Positions 42,950 through 55,919 of a DNA stretch of 64,000 nucleotides are shown here, in pieces. Every line of letters begins with the position of its first letter. The stretch's first letter is position 1. Below the pieces are notes generated by a model. That model saw only the letters and a program-made list of their open reading frames with translations. It made no database searches and was not told the origin of the DNA. The position numbers and the translations under genes are program-made. The DNA is from Eledone cirrhosa (taxonomy: Eukaryota): assembly GCA_964016885.1 (NCBI GenBank), contig OZ024763.1, positions 2,728,001-2,792,000 on the forward strand, written 5' to 3'.

Positions 42950-43802
42950 GTAAGTAGTCTACTTTTTTATACAGCACTGAGTTCTTCATCTTCAGTGTAT
43001 CATAATATAATAAAGGGAGAAGTGCGGAACTGTGTCCTAAATATATTTTTTTATCCCATTAGTAAAATAAGTTGGATTACTTTAAATAAATATCATCATC
43101 ATCATCATCATCGTTTAACGTCCATCTTCCACGCTTGCATGGGTTTGGACGAGAGGTTTCCCACTTGAGGCAAGATTTGTTGTCCTGCTCGTATAGGACT
43201 GTCTGGCGGGTTTTCTACGGCTGGATGCCCTTCCTAACACCAACCACGTTTACAGTGTGGACTGGGAGGTTTTTACCGTGTTACCTACACGGCCACATTA
43301 CAGCGTGGACTGTGCGTTTTTTTGTCGTGACACCTACACAACCTCATTTGTTTCAGACTGGATGTTGTGGTACCAACATAACTTCACATTTAAGGGTGAA
43401 TGAATGAATATTACATAATTTATGTACTAATTTTCGTAACTCTTGATTAAATATAAATAATTTTATTGCTTATTTCAAGATTCACTCCCTTTAAAATTTT
43501 CAAATGTCAATACTTCCAGTTATGATATAACAGACGCTATATTATATCACTTATATAAATGTTCATATATTTGCATCATTATATCATAACCTTTATATTT
43601 CCGTCGCTAATTTTCTCCTTTTTCATTTTCATAAAATTTCACCGTAATGCAGTTTATATATAATATCGTCTTTTTTAAATGTATCATGGATTACTTTACT
43701 GATTACAGAAGACAGTGTAACACAGTCTCTCTTCAATTTCTGTGCATATTGTTAATTATGATTTTATTTGATGTATCATATCTATATGCATATCTATCTA
43801 TC

Positions 43803-44165
43803 TAAGGCGGGTAAAATTCCCGAGATCCATGGACGAGTTCTCTCCAGCGGTCTCTGTCCTTCATTATCGCTGCCATGTCCTGCATCTCCAACAGACCAGT
43901 GTCTGTCCTTAGGGCATCAACATACGTTAACCTTGGTCTTCCTCTTCTAGTGTGTCCATGTAGGGGCTCCCAAAGGAGCACTGAGTGCAATGTCAACTCT
44001 GGATGTCGGTGAGCATGTCCAGCCAACCTCAGTCTCCTCTGTGTCACTTTTGAGCTGACTTTTGGGATGCTCCCATACAGCTCTGAGTTTTTCATCCTCA
44101 GTGTATACTGATTAATGTTCAGAGCCATCCTCAACATTCTCGTGTAGCAACCATCCACCATCTGA
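43803..44165 (-). mobile_element. Second RTE-like LINE 3' fragment (also 10192-10405 -)
   Basis: YTRMLRMALN...RRLRLAGH...LLWEP.HG...RGRP...D..RWR. Confidence 0.82.
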
Positions 44166-44444
44166 GTGCATATATGCATGTATATTTGCGTATAATATCA
44201 ATATACACACTGCCCAGAGGGTGGTTTTCTGCTAGTACTGATTAATGTTCAGAGCTATATATATATATTCCAATGATTTGATCAGAGATGCTCACTCTAT
44301 TTAAGGTCGAGTGACGTAACTTTGAGTGATCAGCAGCCTTTAGACTCACCTGATCAATGAAACCATTGTAAATACTGTAAATAAACCCTTTTTGCACAGC
44401 CGACCATGTTATTCTTCACTCTTTCACTACTATATATATATCAT

Positions 44445-44836
44445 CATCATCATCCTTTTACGTCCGCTTTTCCCTGCTTGCAAGGGTTGGACGGGTCCTA
44501 TTCAGCACAGCATCTCTCCGCTTGTCACGGTCCTTCGTCATCTCCTCCGTGAGTTTCAGCGACCTGAGATCAACTCTCACCACCTCCGCCCATGTTTTTC
44601 GTGTTCAACCTCTACTGCGCCTTCCTTCTACTGGGATTTCTTGGCACTTCTTTACCCAGCGGACATCCTCCATGTGTATCACATGTCCATACCAACACAG
44701 TCTTCTCTCCCACACACTACAACTTATCCCTCTCATACACAGTTTCTCTCTCAACTCATCTATGCTTGGTCGTTCACATACATTGACATTGCACATCTAA
44801 CGGAGCATACTTGCTTCATTTCTCTCCAGCCGTCGC
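44445..44836 (-). mobile_element. RTE LINE 3' fragment (also 46695-46908 - and 59815-60030 +)
   Basis: RRL.WYGHV..MED..WVKKC...VEG.R.RGRP.KTW. Confidence 0.85.
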
Positions 44837-44866
44837 ATATATATAATTGTTTTGTTTTGTTTCCAG

Positions 44867-44967
44867 GAACATTTCAACTATATAATAGCAGATGAGAATA
44901 TAGGACCAATTGTGATGTCAATAAAATTAGAAACTACAACACCTGAACAGATTTATGTTATATTAAG
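44867..44967 (+). CDS. Rap1GAP: Rap1GAP exon (EHFNYIIADENIGPIVMSIKLETTTPEQIYVILR)
   Basis: ttccag acceptor, AG|GTAACT donor, phase 0-2; continues FLGK-EHFNY motif. Confidence 0.93.
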
Positions 44968-45007
44968 GTAACTAGAACACTGTAGTTCTTGTTTGCTGTC
45001 ATCAGTG

Positions 45008-45055
<48 letters not shown>

Positions 45056-45616
45056 CTGTCATCATCATCATCATCTTCATCATTATCATTACTATTGTCA
45101 TTGGTGTCATTATCATCATCAACTTTTTCGTCGCCATCATCATCATCGTTTTTGTCATCATCGTCATCATTTCTCTCATCATTGTCATCACCTCCGTTAT
45201 CATCTTCACTTCATTTCTGTCATCATTATTTTCGTCATCGTTATCATCATTTTCGTCATCGTTATCATCATCATCATCATCATTTCTCTCATCATTGTCA
45301 TCACCATCATCATCATCACCGTCATCATCACCGTCATCATCACCATCGTCATCACCATAAATCTTATCATTGCCGTTACCCACATCACCATCACAATTGT
45401 CATCATCATCATCATCATCATCATCACCTTATCGTTGCCATTTCTGTCATCACCATCATCAGCCTTGTCATCAACCTTATCATCATTGTCATCACAACTA
45501 TCGTCATTGTGATTGTCATTAACATTGTCATCATCATCATCATTTAATTACTGATTATATTGTCTATTGATCTGTCTCACCTGTTGGTTGATTGGTATTT
45601 TATTGATCTTTTGTAG

Positions 45617-45692
45617 GACACGGCAGTTCACTAAACGAAAACTTGTCCAGTTCAATAAGAATGATATCCCTACCCCACAGAGTCTAGCCAGG
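45617..45692 (+). CDS. Rap1GAP: Rap1GAP exon (TRQFTKRKLVQFNKNDIPTPQSLAR)
   Basis: tgtag acceptor, AGG|GTAAAT donor, phase 2-0 matches neighbours. Confidence 0.88.
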
Positions 45693-45702
45693 GTAAATAT
45701 CA

Positions 45703-45748
<46 letters not shown>

Positions 45749-45929
45749 GCCTTTAATCTGTACTGATAATAAATGTATATATATATATATAAATGAAGGA
45801 CTAGCATCCGAAACGTTAAGACCCTCTTCTTGCTATATCAAGCATTAACCTAATATATACCTTCCATATACTGTACCGATTGTGTTGTTATTTCTGTTTA
45901 CCCTTTACATATATATATATATATATATG

Positions 45930-46013
<84 letters not shown>

Positions 46014-46053
46014 TTCAAAATATTAACAAAATAGATATTCTTGTGATCAAGTA

Positions 46054-46120
46054 TATTTTATTATACATATTTCAGAGGTACTGAGTTAAGTTCAACAGTA
46101 CGTCCTCATCAGATAAAATA
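46054..46120 (-). ncRNA. Minimal type I hammerhead ribozyme
   Basis: Minus: UAUUUUAU-CUGAUGA-GGACGUACUG..CAGUACCUCU-GAAA-UAUGUA-UA-AUAAAAUA. Confidence 0.85.
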
Positions 46121-46350
46121 AGATGATGCAATCTATTGTAAAACTCATTCTTTGATGTATTCATTGAATCTTGTTTAACTTTAAAAAAAAAAAAAATATC
46201 TATATATATATATATATATGTAGAAGTTCTATTTAAATTGTTGGGATACAACAAGCCAATATTTTATAACTGATATAAAGCACTCAACAAATAATTGGAG
46301 TAAAAATACAATATATTAACAAATGGAAATTATATTTATAAAACCATATT

Positions 46351-46416
46351 TATTTTATTATACATATTTCAAGCGCCACCAAGGTAAATTATGGTGCGCT
46401 TTCATCAGATAAAATA
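46351..46416 (-). ncRNA. Minimal type I hammerhead ribozyme
   Basis: Minus: UAUUUUAU-CUGAUGA-AAGCGCACCA..UGGUGGCGCUU-GAAA-UAUGUA-UA-AUAAAAUA. Confidence 0.85.
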
Positions 46417-46629
46417 CAATACAGATTAGTTTTATAAATAAATATTGACATACCCTGAAAAAAAGACAACCTTAACGGTTGGGGCTTCCTGGATAGTTGT
46501 ATCCCAACAAATTAAATATAACCTCTGCATATATATACACACACACACTCTCTCTCTCTCTCTCTCTCACTCACACACACACACAGTTCTTACATAATTA
46601 TAATATTTCTGTATCTTTATATATTCTAG

Positions 46630-46683
46630 GCTCTTCTTGATGAAGTGACTGTGGAAAGGTTTTCACCTTCGTTATCACTAAAG
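46630..46683 (+). CDS. Rap1GAP: Rap1GAP exon (ALLDEVTVERFSPSLSLK)
   Basis: ttctag acceptor, AAG|GTAAGT donor; resembles Rap1GAP V.VDRFYPV..PK. Confidence 0.9.
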
Positions 46684-47012
46684 GTAAGTCATATCATCCT
46701 CATCATTTTACGTCTGCTTTTCCCTGCTTGCAAGGGGTGGACGGGTCCTATTCAGCACAGCATCTCTCCACTTGTCATGGTCCTTCGTCATCTCCTCGGT
46801 GAGTTTCAGCAATCTGAGGTCTGCCCTCACCACCTCTGCCCATGTTTTTCGTGGTCTACCTCTACTGTGCCTTCCTTCTACTGGGATTTCTTGGCACTTC
46901 TTTACCTGAATATATGTCTCACCTGTATATATATGAATATCTATATGTATATATCTCACCTGAATATATATGTATGTATCTTACCTGAATATATATATGT
47001 ATATATCACACC

Positions 47013-47050
<38 letters not shown>

Positions 47051-47733
47051 ACCTGAATATATATGTATATATCACACCTGAATATATATGTATGTATCTC
47101 ACCTGAATATATATATATATATATCACACCTGAATATATATGTATATATCACACATACACCACAGTCTCACCTGAATATATATGTATATACCGTCTAACC
47201 CATGCTAGCGTGGAAGAATGGATGTAAAATGGTGATGATGATGATGATGATCTCACCTACACTACGGTCTCACCTCTTACTGTAAACCAAACAACACATT
47301 CAATACAGGTGTTTTCTTTTCATATGATAAGAGAAGACAATATTGAATCTATGAGATTTTGATATTATTTATTTTGAGAACAATATTTAACATCAGTATG
47401 AGTAGCCAGTAACTTGCTACTGATACTGATGTTAAGGTATAGTTCTCAAAATAAATAACATGAAAATCTCCTAGATTCGATATTATGTGAGATAATTACA
47501 CGACCACATTACAGCGTGGACTGTGTGTTTTGTTGTGACACCTTCACGACCTCATTAGTTTGGACTGGACTGGATGTTGTGATACCAATAGAAAGGGGTG
47601 GTGTTGGTGCGAGTGGAAGGATGGAGTACGCGTAGTGGGTTGGGGTGTATATTTGGTTTGGAGGGGGCCTACTGACTGTAGGTTAACTTTGTATGTAGGG
47701 AAGGCGCCAGAAATTCAATGGGGAAAATTCATT

Positions 47734-47905
47734 TGTAAAACAAGTAAATGGTAAAACGAGTAAATGGTAAAACGAGTAAATGGTAAAACGAGTAAATGGT
47801 AAAACGAGTAAATGGTAAAACGAGTAAATGGTAAAACGAGTAAATGGTAAAACGAGTAAATGGTAAAACGAGTAAATGGTAAAACAAGTAAATGGTAAAA
47901 CGAGC
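47734..47905. repeat. 16-bp tandem repeat (~10 copies)
   Basis: GTAAATGGTAAAACGA. Confidence 0.95.
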
Positions 47906-47980
47906 TCAGTCATGGAATGAATTAAACTCGTACTGCGAGGTATCTCTGTAATTTCTATATTTTTTTTTATTATTTTCCAG

Positions 47981-48064
47981 GCATCTGACTTAATTGTGGA
48001 TTACGATGAACATGTCTTGTGTTCTACCTACAAGTTTGGAATCATTTATCAGCGTTTTGGCCAG
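47981..48064 (+). CDS. Rap1GAP: Rap1GAP exon (ASDLIVDYDEHVLCSTYKFGIIYQRFGQ)
   Basis: ttccag acceptor, CAG|GTAAGA donor; DEH...KFGVIYQ motif. Confidence 0.96.
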
Positions 48065-48382
48065 GTAAGAACATCTTTTATATTTTCTCCTAAACCAGGG
48101 CAATGGGTTGGTCAGTAATCGGTAGAGTGTTGGGCAACATTCTTTGTGGCTTAGAGTTGCATCCCTTTATGAACTAAGTTAAAATCCTATCGAGGTCAGC
48201 TTTACCTTTCATCCTTATGGGGTTGATAAAATAAAGTACCAGTAATACACTGGGGTTGATTGAATCGACTTTCTCCTCCCCTCCCCCAAATTATTGGCCT
48301 TCTGCCTAAATCAGAAACCAATATTATATTTTCCTAAACAGATACAAGAAAACATTTAAAATTATAAGATTCTTCTTAGACT

Positions 48383-48429
<47 letters not shown>

Positions 48430-48582
48430 CGTCATCGTTTAATGTCCATCTTCCACACTAGCATGGGTAAGACGGTTTTGTTCCATTTGATGTGAGAATG
48501 GTTGGGAGACCGTGTCTCGCTTGTACGGAAATGTCTGTGGCAGGTTTTCTACTGTTGGATGCCCTTCCTAACACCAACCACA

Positions 48583-48618
<36 letters not shown>

Positions 48619-49022
48619 CCAAAATGGATCAGAGAACTTCCATTTTATTAAACAATACTGAAGTGTACCTGTGTCATATTGTCGATATATGATACATATG
48701 TGTAAAATTCTTTCATGGATGTTAGTTCTTTACTGAGAAGAAACATTTTTAGGGGGTGCGGGGTTATAAAACATATTTTAACAAAATATTTTTGTTTCAT
48801 TATTAATAAAACATAAAAATTGCAAATAATGTCCAAATTTTTCTGCGGACCACCAAAATTTTCTCTTGGGCCACCATTAGTTCGCGTACCACCGGTTGTC
48901 GACTGCTGATATAGAGTAATGTAAATGCTAAAGGGTTAAGCCACGAGACTTCATGTTTGATAATTTGCACATACAATATGGTATTGAGTTCTTTTTGACT
49001 GTTTTCTTTTGTTCCATTCTAG

Positions 49023-49123
49023 GTAAAAGAAGAAGACCTCTTTGGTAATAGGAATCATGGTCCTGCAATGGATGAATTTTTAGAACTTATTGGAGATAGA
49101 GTAAAGCTGAAAGACTTTCCTCG
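49023..49123 (+). CDS. Rap1GAP: Rap1GAP exon (VKEEDLFGNRNHGPAMDEFLELIGDRVKLKDFPR)
   Basis: ttctag acceptor, CG|GTAAAT donor, phase 0-2; EEELF.N...PAF.EFL..LG..V.L.DF motif. Confidence 0.96.
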
Positions 49124-49490
49124 GTAAATATCTAACTATACTTACTTGTTGTTGTTGCTGTTGTTGATATTGTTCTCCTTTTTCTTCTTTCTCCTTCTTT
49201 TGTCTTCTTTCTCTTTTTTTCTTTTTCTTCTTTTGTCTTCTTCTTGCTTCTTCTTCTCCTCCTCACATACAGACAGACACACAAATGCTCAGACATACAT
49301 GAACACATAAACAAGCATACATAAATACACGTACAAATATATAAACACAGTCTCTGGCATACATACAGAAAAGCACAGACATACAGACAAGCACAGACAT
49401 ACATAAACATCCAAGACCTCAGGGTCTTTCTGCATTGCCAACACCACAGGAAACCACATATCTAATATTTTGCAGAGAACTCTATGTTTA

Positions 49491-49655
49491 CCATATTTCC
49501 CGGCGTCGAAGATGCTACTTTTTTCCTAAAATAAGTCTCAAAAATATACCATGTTCCTGGAGGCCGAAGGTTGTTTATTTTTTTTTCAAATTTTTGGTTG
49601 TCAAAATTAGGGTACATCCTCGAGGACGAATCATTTTCGGTACTGGGAAATACGG
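49491..49655. mobile_element. TA-flanked MITE (CCGTATTTCCC termini)
   Basis: TA-CCATATTTCCCGG ... CTGGGAAATACGG-TA. Confidence 0.6.
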
Positions 49656-49817
49656 TAAGCTAAAAACCATAGAGACAAAATAAGTATTTACATAACCCCT
49701 AAGTTATTACAACAGCATCATTTCAGGCAGTAAAAATCAACATTATTTACCAGACATTAACATCAGTAAATTTTAAAGGAAATATATAATTAATGATCTG
49801 AATAATTCTTCTTTTAG

Positions 49818-49947
49818 CTTTCGAGGAGGACTTGATACCAGCTATGGGCAAACAGGAGATTATTCAATATACACAAACTTCAGGGATAATGAAATTATGT
49901 TTCACGTATCAACATTACTCCCATATTCCGAAGGTGATTCACAGCAG
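49818..49947 (+). CDS. Rap1GAP: Rap1GAP exon ([43 protein letters not shown])
   Basis: ttttag acceptor, CAG|GTTAGT donor; [17 protein letters not shown] RapGAP signatures. Confidence 0.97.
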
Positions 49948-50093
49948 GTTAGTTTTACGGGAGTTCGTTTTTTACCTAAATTTTAAGACGGAGTTGGAGT
50001 TTGCTTGAAACATTGTAAAAAGTGTAACAAGTAGGGTTTTTTTGTTGTTTTTTTAGAAGGATTTAGCAATAAAAATAGGACATTATCTAAATA

Positions 50094-50600
50094 TCTATAT
50101 ACATCAATGGCAATTTCTGTCTGTTTGTCTGTTTGTTTGTGAACCTAAAACGCAAAAACTACCAAACCGATCTTGATGAAACTTGACACGTGTGTGGGGC
50201 TCATGCCCATTTGATTTCTTACGTATATTTCATTTTAATCAAAGGGTTCCCCGGGTCTGAAAACCCCACTGAAAAACTTTTTCCCTTCGATTTATATAAG
50301 ATTTAAACCATAGGTAAAGGACAAGATATGATGCCTATTCACACAATTTCAGCAAATTTCAATAATAGGGGTTCTATGTTTCTCCTTATAGCAACACTCA
50401 ACTTCTCTGACAAACATGTTTTCACCTGACCAATGCAATCAACAATATTTGTTTGTATTATTGTTTCGTAAATGTATTTGTCTTCACTTTTCATTACCTG
50501 TCCTATATTTTGATTTCATTTTGGGTCTGAGAGGCATTGGGCATTTTAATGGGGACTGGGAATACCCCTGCTTCCGGGTATTACCGGGTACCTCAGCTAG
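50094..50600 (+). mobile_element. Non-autonomous Helitron
   Basis: A|TC 5' end, internal (TGTC/TGTT)n, subterminal hairpin near CCGGGTATTACCGGG, CTAG|T 3' end; second 3' fragment at 15192-15341 (-). Confidence 0.75.
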
Positions 50601-50850
50601 TATATATATATATATATATTTGTAGATAAATCTACCAAAAATTTACGGTAGTGTCCAATCCGTATGAAGAACTCAATGTAATCCGGATATCATGAAAAGA
50701 GAAGATGCATTCAAAAACTATTTTCGGTGAAAATTAACGGAAAAACAGAGTCAAGATAAATTAATAAAATAATGAATAAACAAAGAAACAGTTCCTTAAA
50801 AATTTTTTTAATATAAGGAACTGTTTCTTTGTTTATTCATTATTTTATTA

Positions 50851-50884
<34 letters not shown>

Positions 50885-51258
50885 TAAAATAACAGATTAA
50901 AGTTTAAGCAAAGAATTGCTTTCACCCTTAACGGGATCTTCTGAAACTATTTTTAATAAATATTTGCTCTATGGTTTTTATATATATTTATATATATATA
51001 TCATCCTTATCGAGCCCTCTTCGGATTTTAGTCTTCACATTTATTATTATTACAATATATATATATATATATAGGAAAATAGTCAGGACCCTGACGGCTG
51101 AGCTCCGGCCGTTTCGACAGCTAGATCCCTAAGTATTGAGCACTCTGGTGCGTTATGGTCCACCTGGTATCTTACCACACTTACTTTGTTTTATATATAT
51201 ATATAACTATATATCTATTTATCAATATATCTAACTATATATCTATCTATCTATACAG

Positions 51259-51414
51259 CTACAAAGAAAACGACACATTGGAAATGATATTGTAGCAATA
51301 GTCTTTCAAGAGAAGAACACCCCGTTTGTGCCTGGTGCCATAGCATCGCAGTTTATCCATGCTTATATTGTTATCCAACCAATTAATCCAAATACAGATG
51401 ACGTTAAATACAAG
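51259..51414 (+). CDS. Rap1GAP: Rap1GAP catalytic exon ([52 protein letters not shown])
   Basis: tacag acceptor, AAG|GTGAGG donor; KRHIGND with catalytic asparagine-thumb codon at 51283-85. Confidence 0.98.
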
Positions 51415-51473
51415 GTGAGGGGTTTTATCATATCTTTTTTATATCTTTTCTTTTATCTTTCAACCCTTTAACA

Positions 51474-54400
51474 TTTAAACCAGCCATATCTGGCCAGAAT
51501 TCTCTCACCTCTTTTCTTTCAAACCAGCCATATCTGGCCAGAATTCTCTCACCTCTTTCTGTTCAAACCAGCCATATCTGGCCAGAATTCTCTCATCTCT
51601 TTCTGTTCAAACCAGCCATATCTGGCCAGAATTCTCTCATCTCTTTCTGTTCAAACCAGCCATATCTGGCCAGAATTCTCTCTTCTCTTTCTGTTCAAAC
51701 CAGCCATATCTGGCCAGAATTCTCTCACCTCTTTCTTTTCAAACCAGCCATATCTGGCCTGAATTCTCTCACCTCTTTTCTTTCAAACCAGCCATATCTG
51801 GCCAGAATTCTCTCACCTCTTTTCTTTCAAACCAGCCATATCTGGCCAGAATTCTCTCATCTCTTTCTGTTTAAACCAGCCATATCTGGCCAGAATTCTC
51901 TCACCTCTTTTCTTTCAAACCAGCCATATCTGGCCAGAATTCTCTCATCTCTTTCTGTTCAAACCAGCCATATCTGGCCAGAATTCTCTCTTCTCTTTCT
52001 GTTCAAACCAGCCATATCTGGCCAGAATTCTCTCACCTCTTTCTGTTCAAACCAGCCATATCTGGCCAGAATTCTCTCATCTCTTTCTGTTCAAACCAGC
52101 CATATCTGGCCAGAATTCTCTCACCTCTTTCTGTTCAAACCAGCCATATCTGGCCAGAATTCTCTCATCTCTTTCTGTTCAAACCAGCCATATCTGGCCA
52201 GAATTCTCTCATCTCTTTCTGTTCAAACCAGCCATATCTGGCCAGAATTCTCTCTTCTCTTTCTGTTCAAACCAGCCATATCTGGCCAGAATTCTCTCTT
52301 CTCTTTCTGTTCAAACCAGCCATATCTGGCCAGAATTCTCTCTTCTCTTTCTGTTCAAACCAGCCATATCTGGCCAGAATTCTCTCATCTCTTTTTGTTC
52401 AAACCAGCTGTAACCAGCCAGAATTCTCTCACCTCTTTCTGTTCAAACCAGCCATATCTGGCCAGAATTCTCACACCTCTTTCTGTTCAAACCAGCCATA
52501 TCTGGCCAGAATTCTCTCATCTCTTTTTGTTCAAACCAGCCCTATCTGGCCAGAATTATCTCACCTCTTTTCTTTCAAACCAGCCATATCTGGCCAGAAT
52601 TCTCTCACCTCTTTCTGTTCAAACCAGCCATATCTGGCCAGAATTCTCTCATCTCTTTTTGTTCAAACCAGCCATATCTGGCCAGAATTCTCTCACCTCT
52701 TTCTGTTCAAACCAGCCATATCTGGCCAGAATTCTCTCACCTCTTTCTGTTCAAACCAGCCATATCTGGCCAGAATTCTCTCACCTCTTTCTGTTCAAAC
52801 CAGCCATATCTGGCCAGAATTCTCTCACCTCTTTCTGTTCAAACCAGCCATATCTGGCCAGAATTCTCTCACCTCTTTCTGTTCAAACCAGCCATATCTG
52901 GCCAGAATTCTCTCACCTCTTTCTGTTCAAACCAGCCATATCTGGCCAGAATTCTCTCACCTCTTTCTGTTCAAACCAGCCATATCTGGCCAGAATTCTC
53001 TCATCTCTTTCTGTTCAAACCAGCCATATCTGGCCAGAATTCTCTCATCTCTTTCTGTTCAAACCAGCCATATCTGGCCAGAATTCTCTCACCTCTTTTT
53101 GTTCAAACCAGCCATATCTGGCCAGAATTCTCTCATCTCTTTCTGTTCAAACCAGCCATATCTGGCCAGAATTCTCTCACCTCTTTCTGTTCAAACCAGC
53201 CATATCTGGCCAGAATTCTCTCACCTCTTTCTGTTCAAACCAGCCATATCTGGCCAGAATTCTCTCACCTCTTTCTGTTCAAACCAGCCCTATCTGGCCA
53301 GAATTCTCTCATCTCTTTCTGTTCAAACCAGCCATATCTGGCCAGAATTCTCTCACCTCTTTCTGTTCAAACCAGCCATATCTGGCCAGAATTCTTTCAC
53401 CTCTTTCTGTTCAAACCAGCCATATCTGGCCAGAATTCTCTCACCTCTTTCTGTTCAAACCAGCCCTATCTGGCCAGAATTCTCTCATCTCTTTCTGTTC
53501 AAACCAGCCCTATCTGGCCAGAATTCTCTCACCTCTTTCTGTTCAAACCAGCCATATCTGGCCAGAATTCTTTCACCTCTTTCTGTTCAAACCAGCCATA
53601 TCTGGCCAGAATTCTCTCACCTCTTTCTGTTTAAACCAGCCCTATCTGGCCAGAATTCTCTCACCTCTTTCTGTTCAAACCAGCCCTATCTGGCCAGAAT
53701 TCTCTCACCTCTTTCTGTTTAAACCAGCCCTATCTGGCCAGAATTCTCTCACCTCTTTCTGTTCAAACCAGCCATATCTGGCCAGAATTCTCTCACCTCT
53801 TTCTGTTCAAACCAGCCATATCTGGCCAGAATTCTCTCATCTCTTTTTGTTCAAACCAGCCCTATCTGGCCAGAATTATCTCACCTCTTTTCTTTCAAAC
53901 CAGCCATATCTGGCCAGAATTCTCTCACCTCTTTCTGTTCAAACCAGCCATATCTGGCCAGAATTCTCTCATCTCTTTTTGTTCAAACCAGCCATATCTG
54001 GCCAGAATTCTCTCACCTCTTTCTGTTCAAACCAGCCATATCTGGCCAGAATTCTCTCACCTCTTTCTGTTCAAACCAGCCATATCTGGCCAGAATTCTC
54101 TCACCTCTTTCTGTTCAAACCAGCCATATCTGGCCAGAATTCTCTCACCTCTTTCTGTTCAAACCAGCCATATCTGGCCAGAATTCTCTCACCTCTTTCT
54201 GTTCAAACCAGCCATATCTGGCCAGAATTCTCTCACCTCTTTCTGTTCAAACCAGCCATATCTGGCCAGAATTCTCTCACCTCTTTCTGTTCAAACCAGC
54301 CATATCTGGCCAGAATTCTCTCATCTCTTTCTGTTCAAACCAGCCATATCTGGCCAGAATTCTCTCATCTCTTTCTGTTCAAACCAGCCATATCTGGCCA

Positions 54401-55462
54401 GAATTCTCTCACCTCTTTTTGTTCAAACCAGCCATATCTGGCCAGAATTCTCTCATCTCTTTCTGTTCAAACCAGCCATATCTGGCCAGAATTCTCTCAC
54501 CTCTTTCTGTTCAAACCAGCCATATCTGGCCAGAATTCTCTCACCTCTTTCTGTTCAAACCAGCCATATCTGGCCAGAATTCTCTCACCTCTTTCTGTTC
54601 AAACCAGCCCTATCTGGCCAGAATTCTCTCATCTCTTTCTGTTCAAACCAGCCATATCTGGCCAGAATTCTCTCACCTCTTTCTGTTCAAACCAGCCATA
54701 TCTGGCCAGAATTCTCTCACCTCTTTCTGTTTAAACCAGCCCTATCTGGCCAGAATTCTCTCACCTCTTTCTGTTCAAACCAGCCCTATCTGGCCAGAAT
54801 TCTCTCACCTCTTTCTGTTTAAACCAGCCCTATCTGGCCAGAATTCTCTCACCTCTTTCTGTTCAAACCAGCCATATCTGGCCAGAATTCTCTCATCTCT
54901 TTCTGTTCAAACCAGCCATATCTGGCCAGAATTCTCTCACCTCTTTTTGTTCAAACCAGCCATATCTGGCCAGAATTCTCTCATCTCTTTCTGTTCAAAC
55001 CAGCCATATCTGGCCAGAATTCTCTCACCTCTTTCTGTTCAAACCAGCCATATCTGGCCAGAATTCTCTCACCTCTTTCTGTTCAAACCAGCCATATCTG
55101 GCCAGAATTCTCTCACCTCTTTCTGTTCAAACCAGCCATATCTGGCCAGAATTCTCTCACCTCTTTCTGTTTAAACCAGCTATATCTGGCCAGAATTCTC
55201 TCACCTCTTTCTGTTCAAACCAGCCATATCTGGCCAGAATTCTCTCACCTCTTTCTGTTCAAACCAGCCATATCTGGCCAGAATTCTCTCACCTCTTTCT
55301 GTTCAAACCAGCCATATCTGGCCAGAATTCTCTCACCTCTTTCTGTTTAAACCAGCTATATCTGGCCAGAATTCTCTCACCTCTTTCTGTTTAAACCAGC
55401 TATATCTGGCCAGAATTCTCTCACCTCTTTCTGTTCAAACCGGCTGTAACCAGCCAGAATTC
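51474..55462. repeat. 44-bp minisatellite (~90 copies, one EcoRI site per unit)
   Basis: AAACCAGCCATATCTGGCCAGAATTCTCTCACCTCTTTCTGTTC; explains the 779-aa ORF. Confidence 0.98.
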
Positions 55463-55847
55463 AATCATTTTTTAATATCTTTTAACCCAGCCTTCCTAGA
55501 GGCACAAAGGGTGCTGTGGAAACTTTGCCTCGACAAAATAAAAATGATGAATGTGAAAAGTGAATGTAACCATTTTTGGTTATATTCCCACTGAGATTTT
55601 CCCACTCCTGACTTGGCCTTCTCAGCCATTGCTGGCCCATTAAATTACAGGTACAACTCATTTTTGTCAGCTGAGTGGACTGGAGCAATGTGAAATAAAG
55701 TGTCTTGCTCAAGGATACACACACCACCAGGAATTAAACTCACGACTTTACAATCTTAAGCCAAACACCCTAACTACTAAGCCACTCTTACATACACACT
55801 GTTATTACTACCCTGATAATAATTAATTATTTTTGCCTCGTTAACAG

Positions 55848-55919
55848 GTTGCAGTGACAGCTCGTGATAACGTGCCATGTTTTGGACCAACATTGTCACA
55901 ACCAGCTATCTTTAACAAG
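55848..55919 (+). CDS. Rap1GAP: Rap1GAP exon (VAVTARDNVPCFGPTLSQPAIFNK)
   Basis: aacag acceptor, AAG|GTAAGT donor; VTARDDVP.FGP motif. Confidence 0.96.

Noticed and set aside
44958-45547. Poly-Asp/Ser/Ile ORFs
   Set aside because: (CAT)n microsatellite filling the intron between two real exons
49021-49028. AG|GTAAAA at exon start as a recursive splice site
   Set aside because: Weak donor match, short flanking introns, explained by Val-Lys codons
52395-55174. 779-aa and overlapping ORFs
   Set aside because: Translation of a stop-poor 44-bp intronic minisatellite; open in several frames
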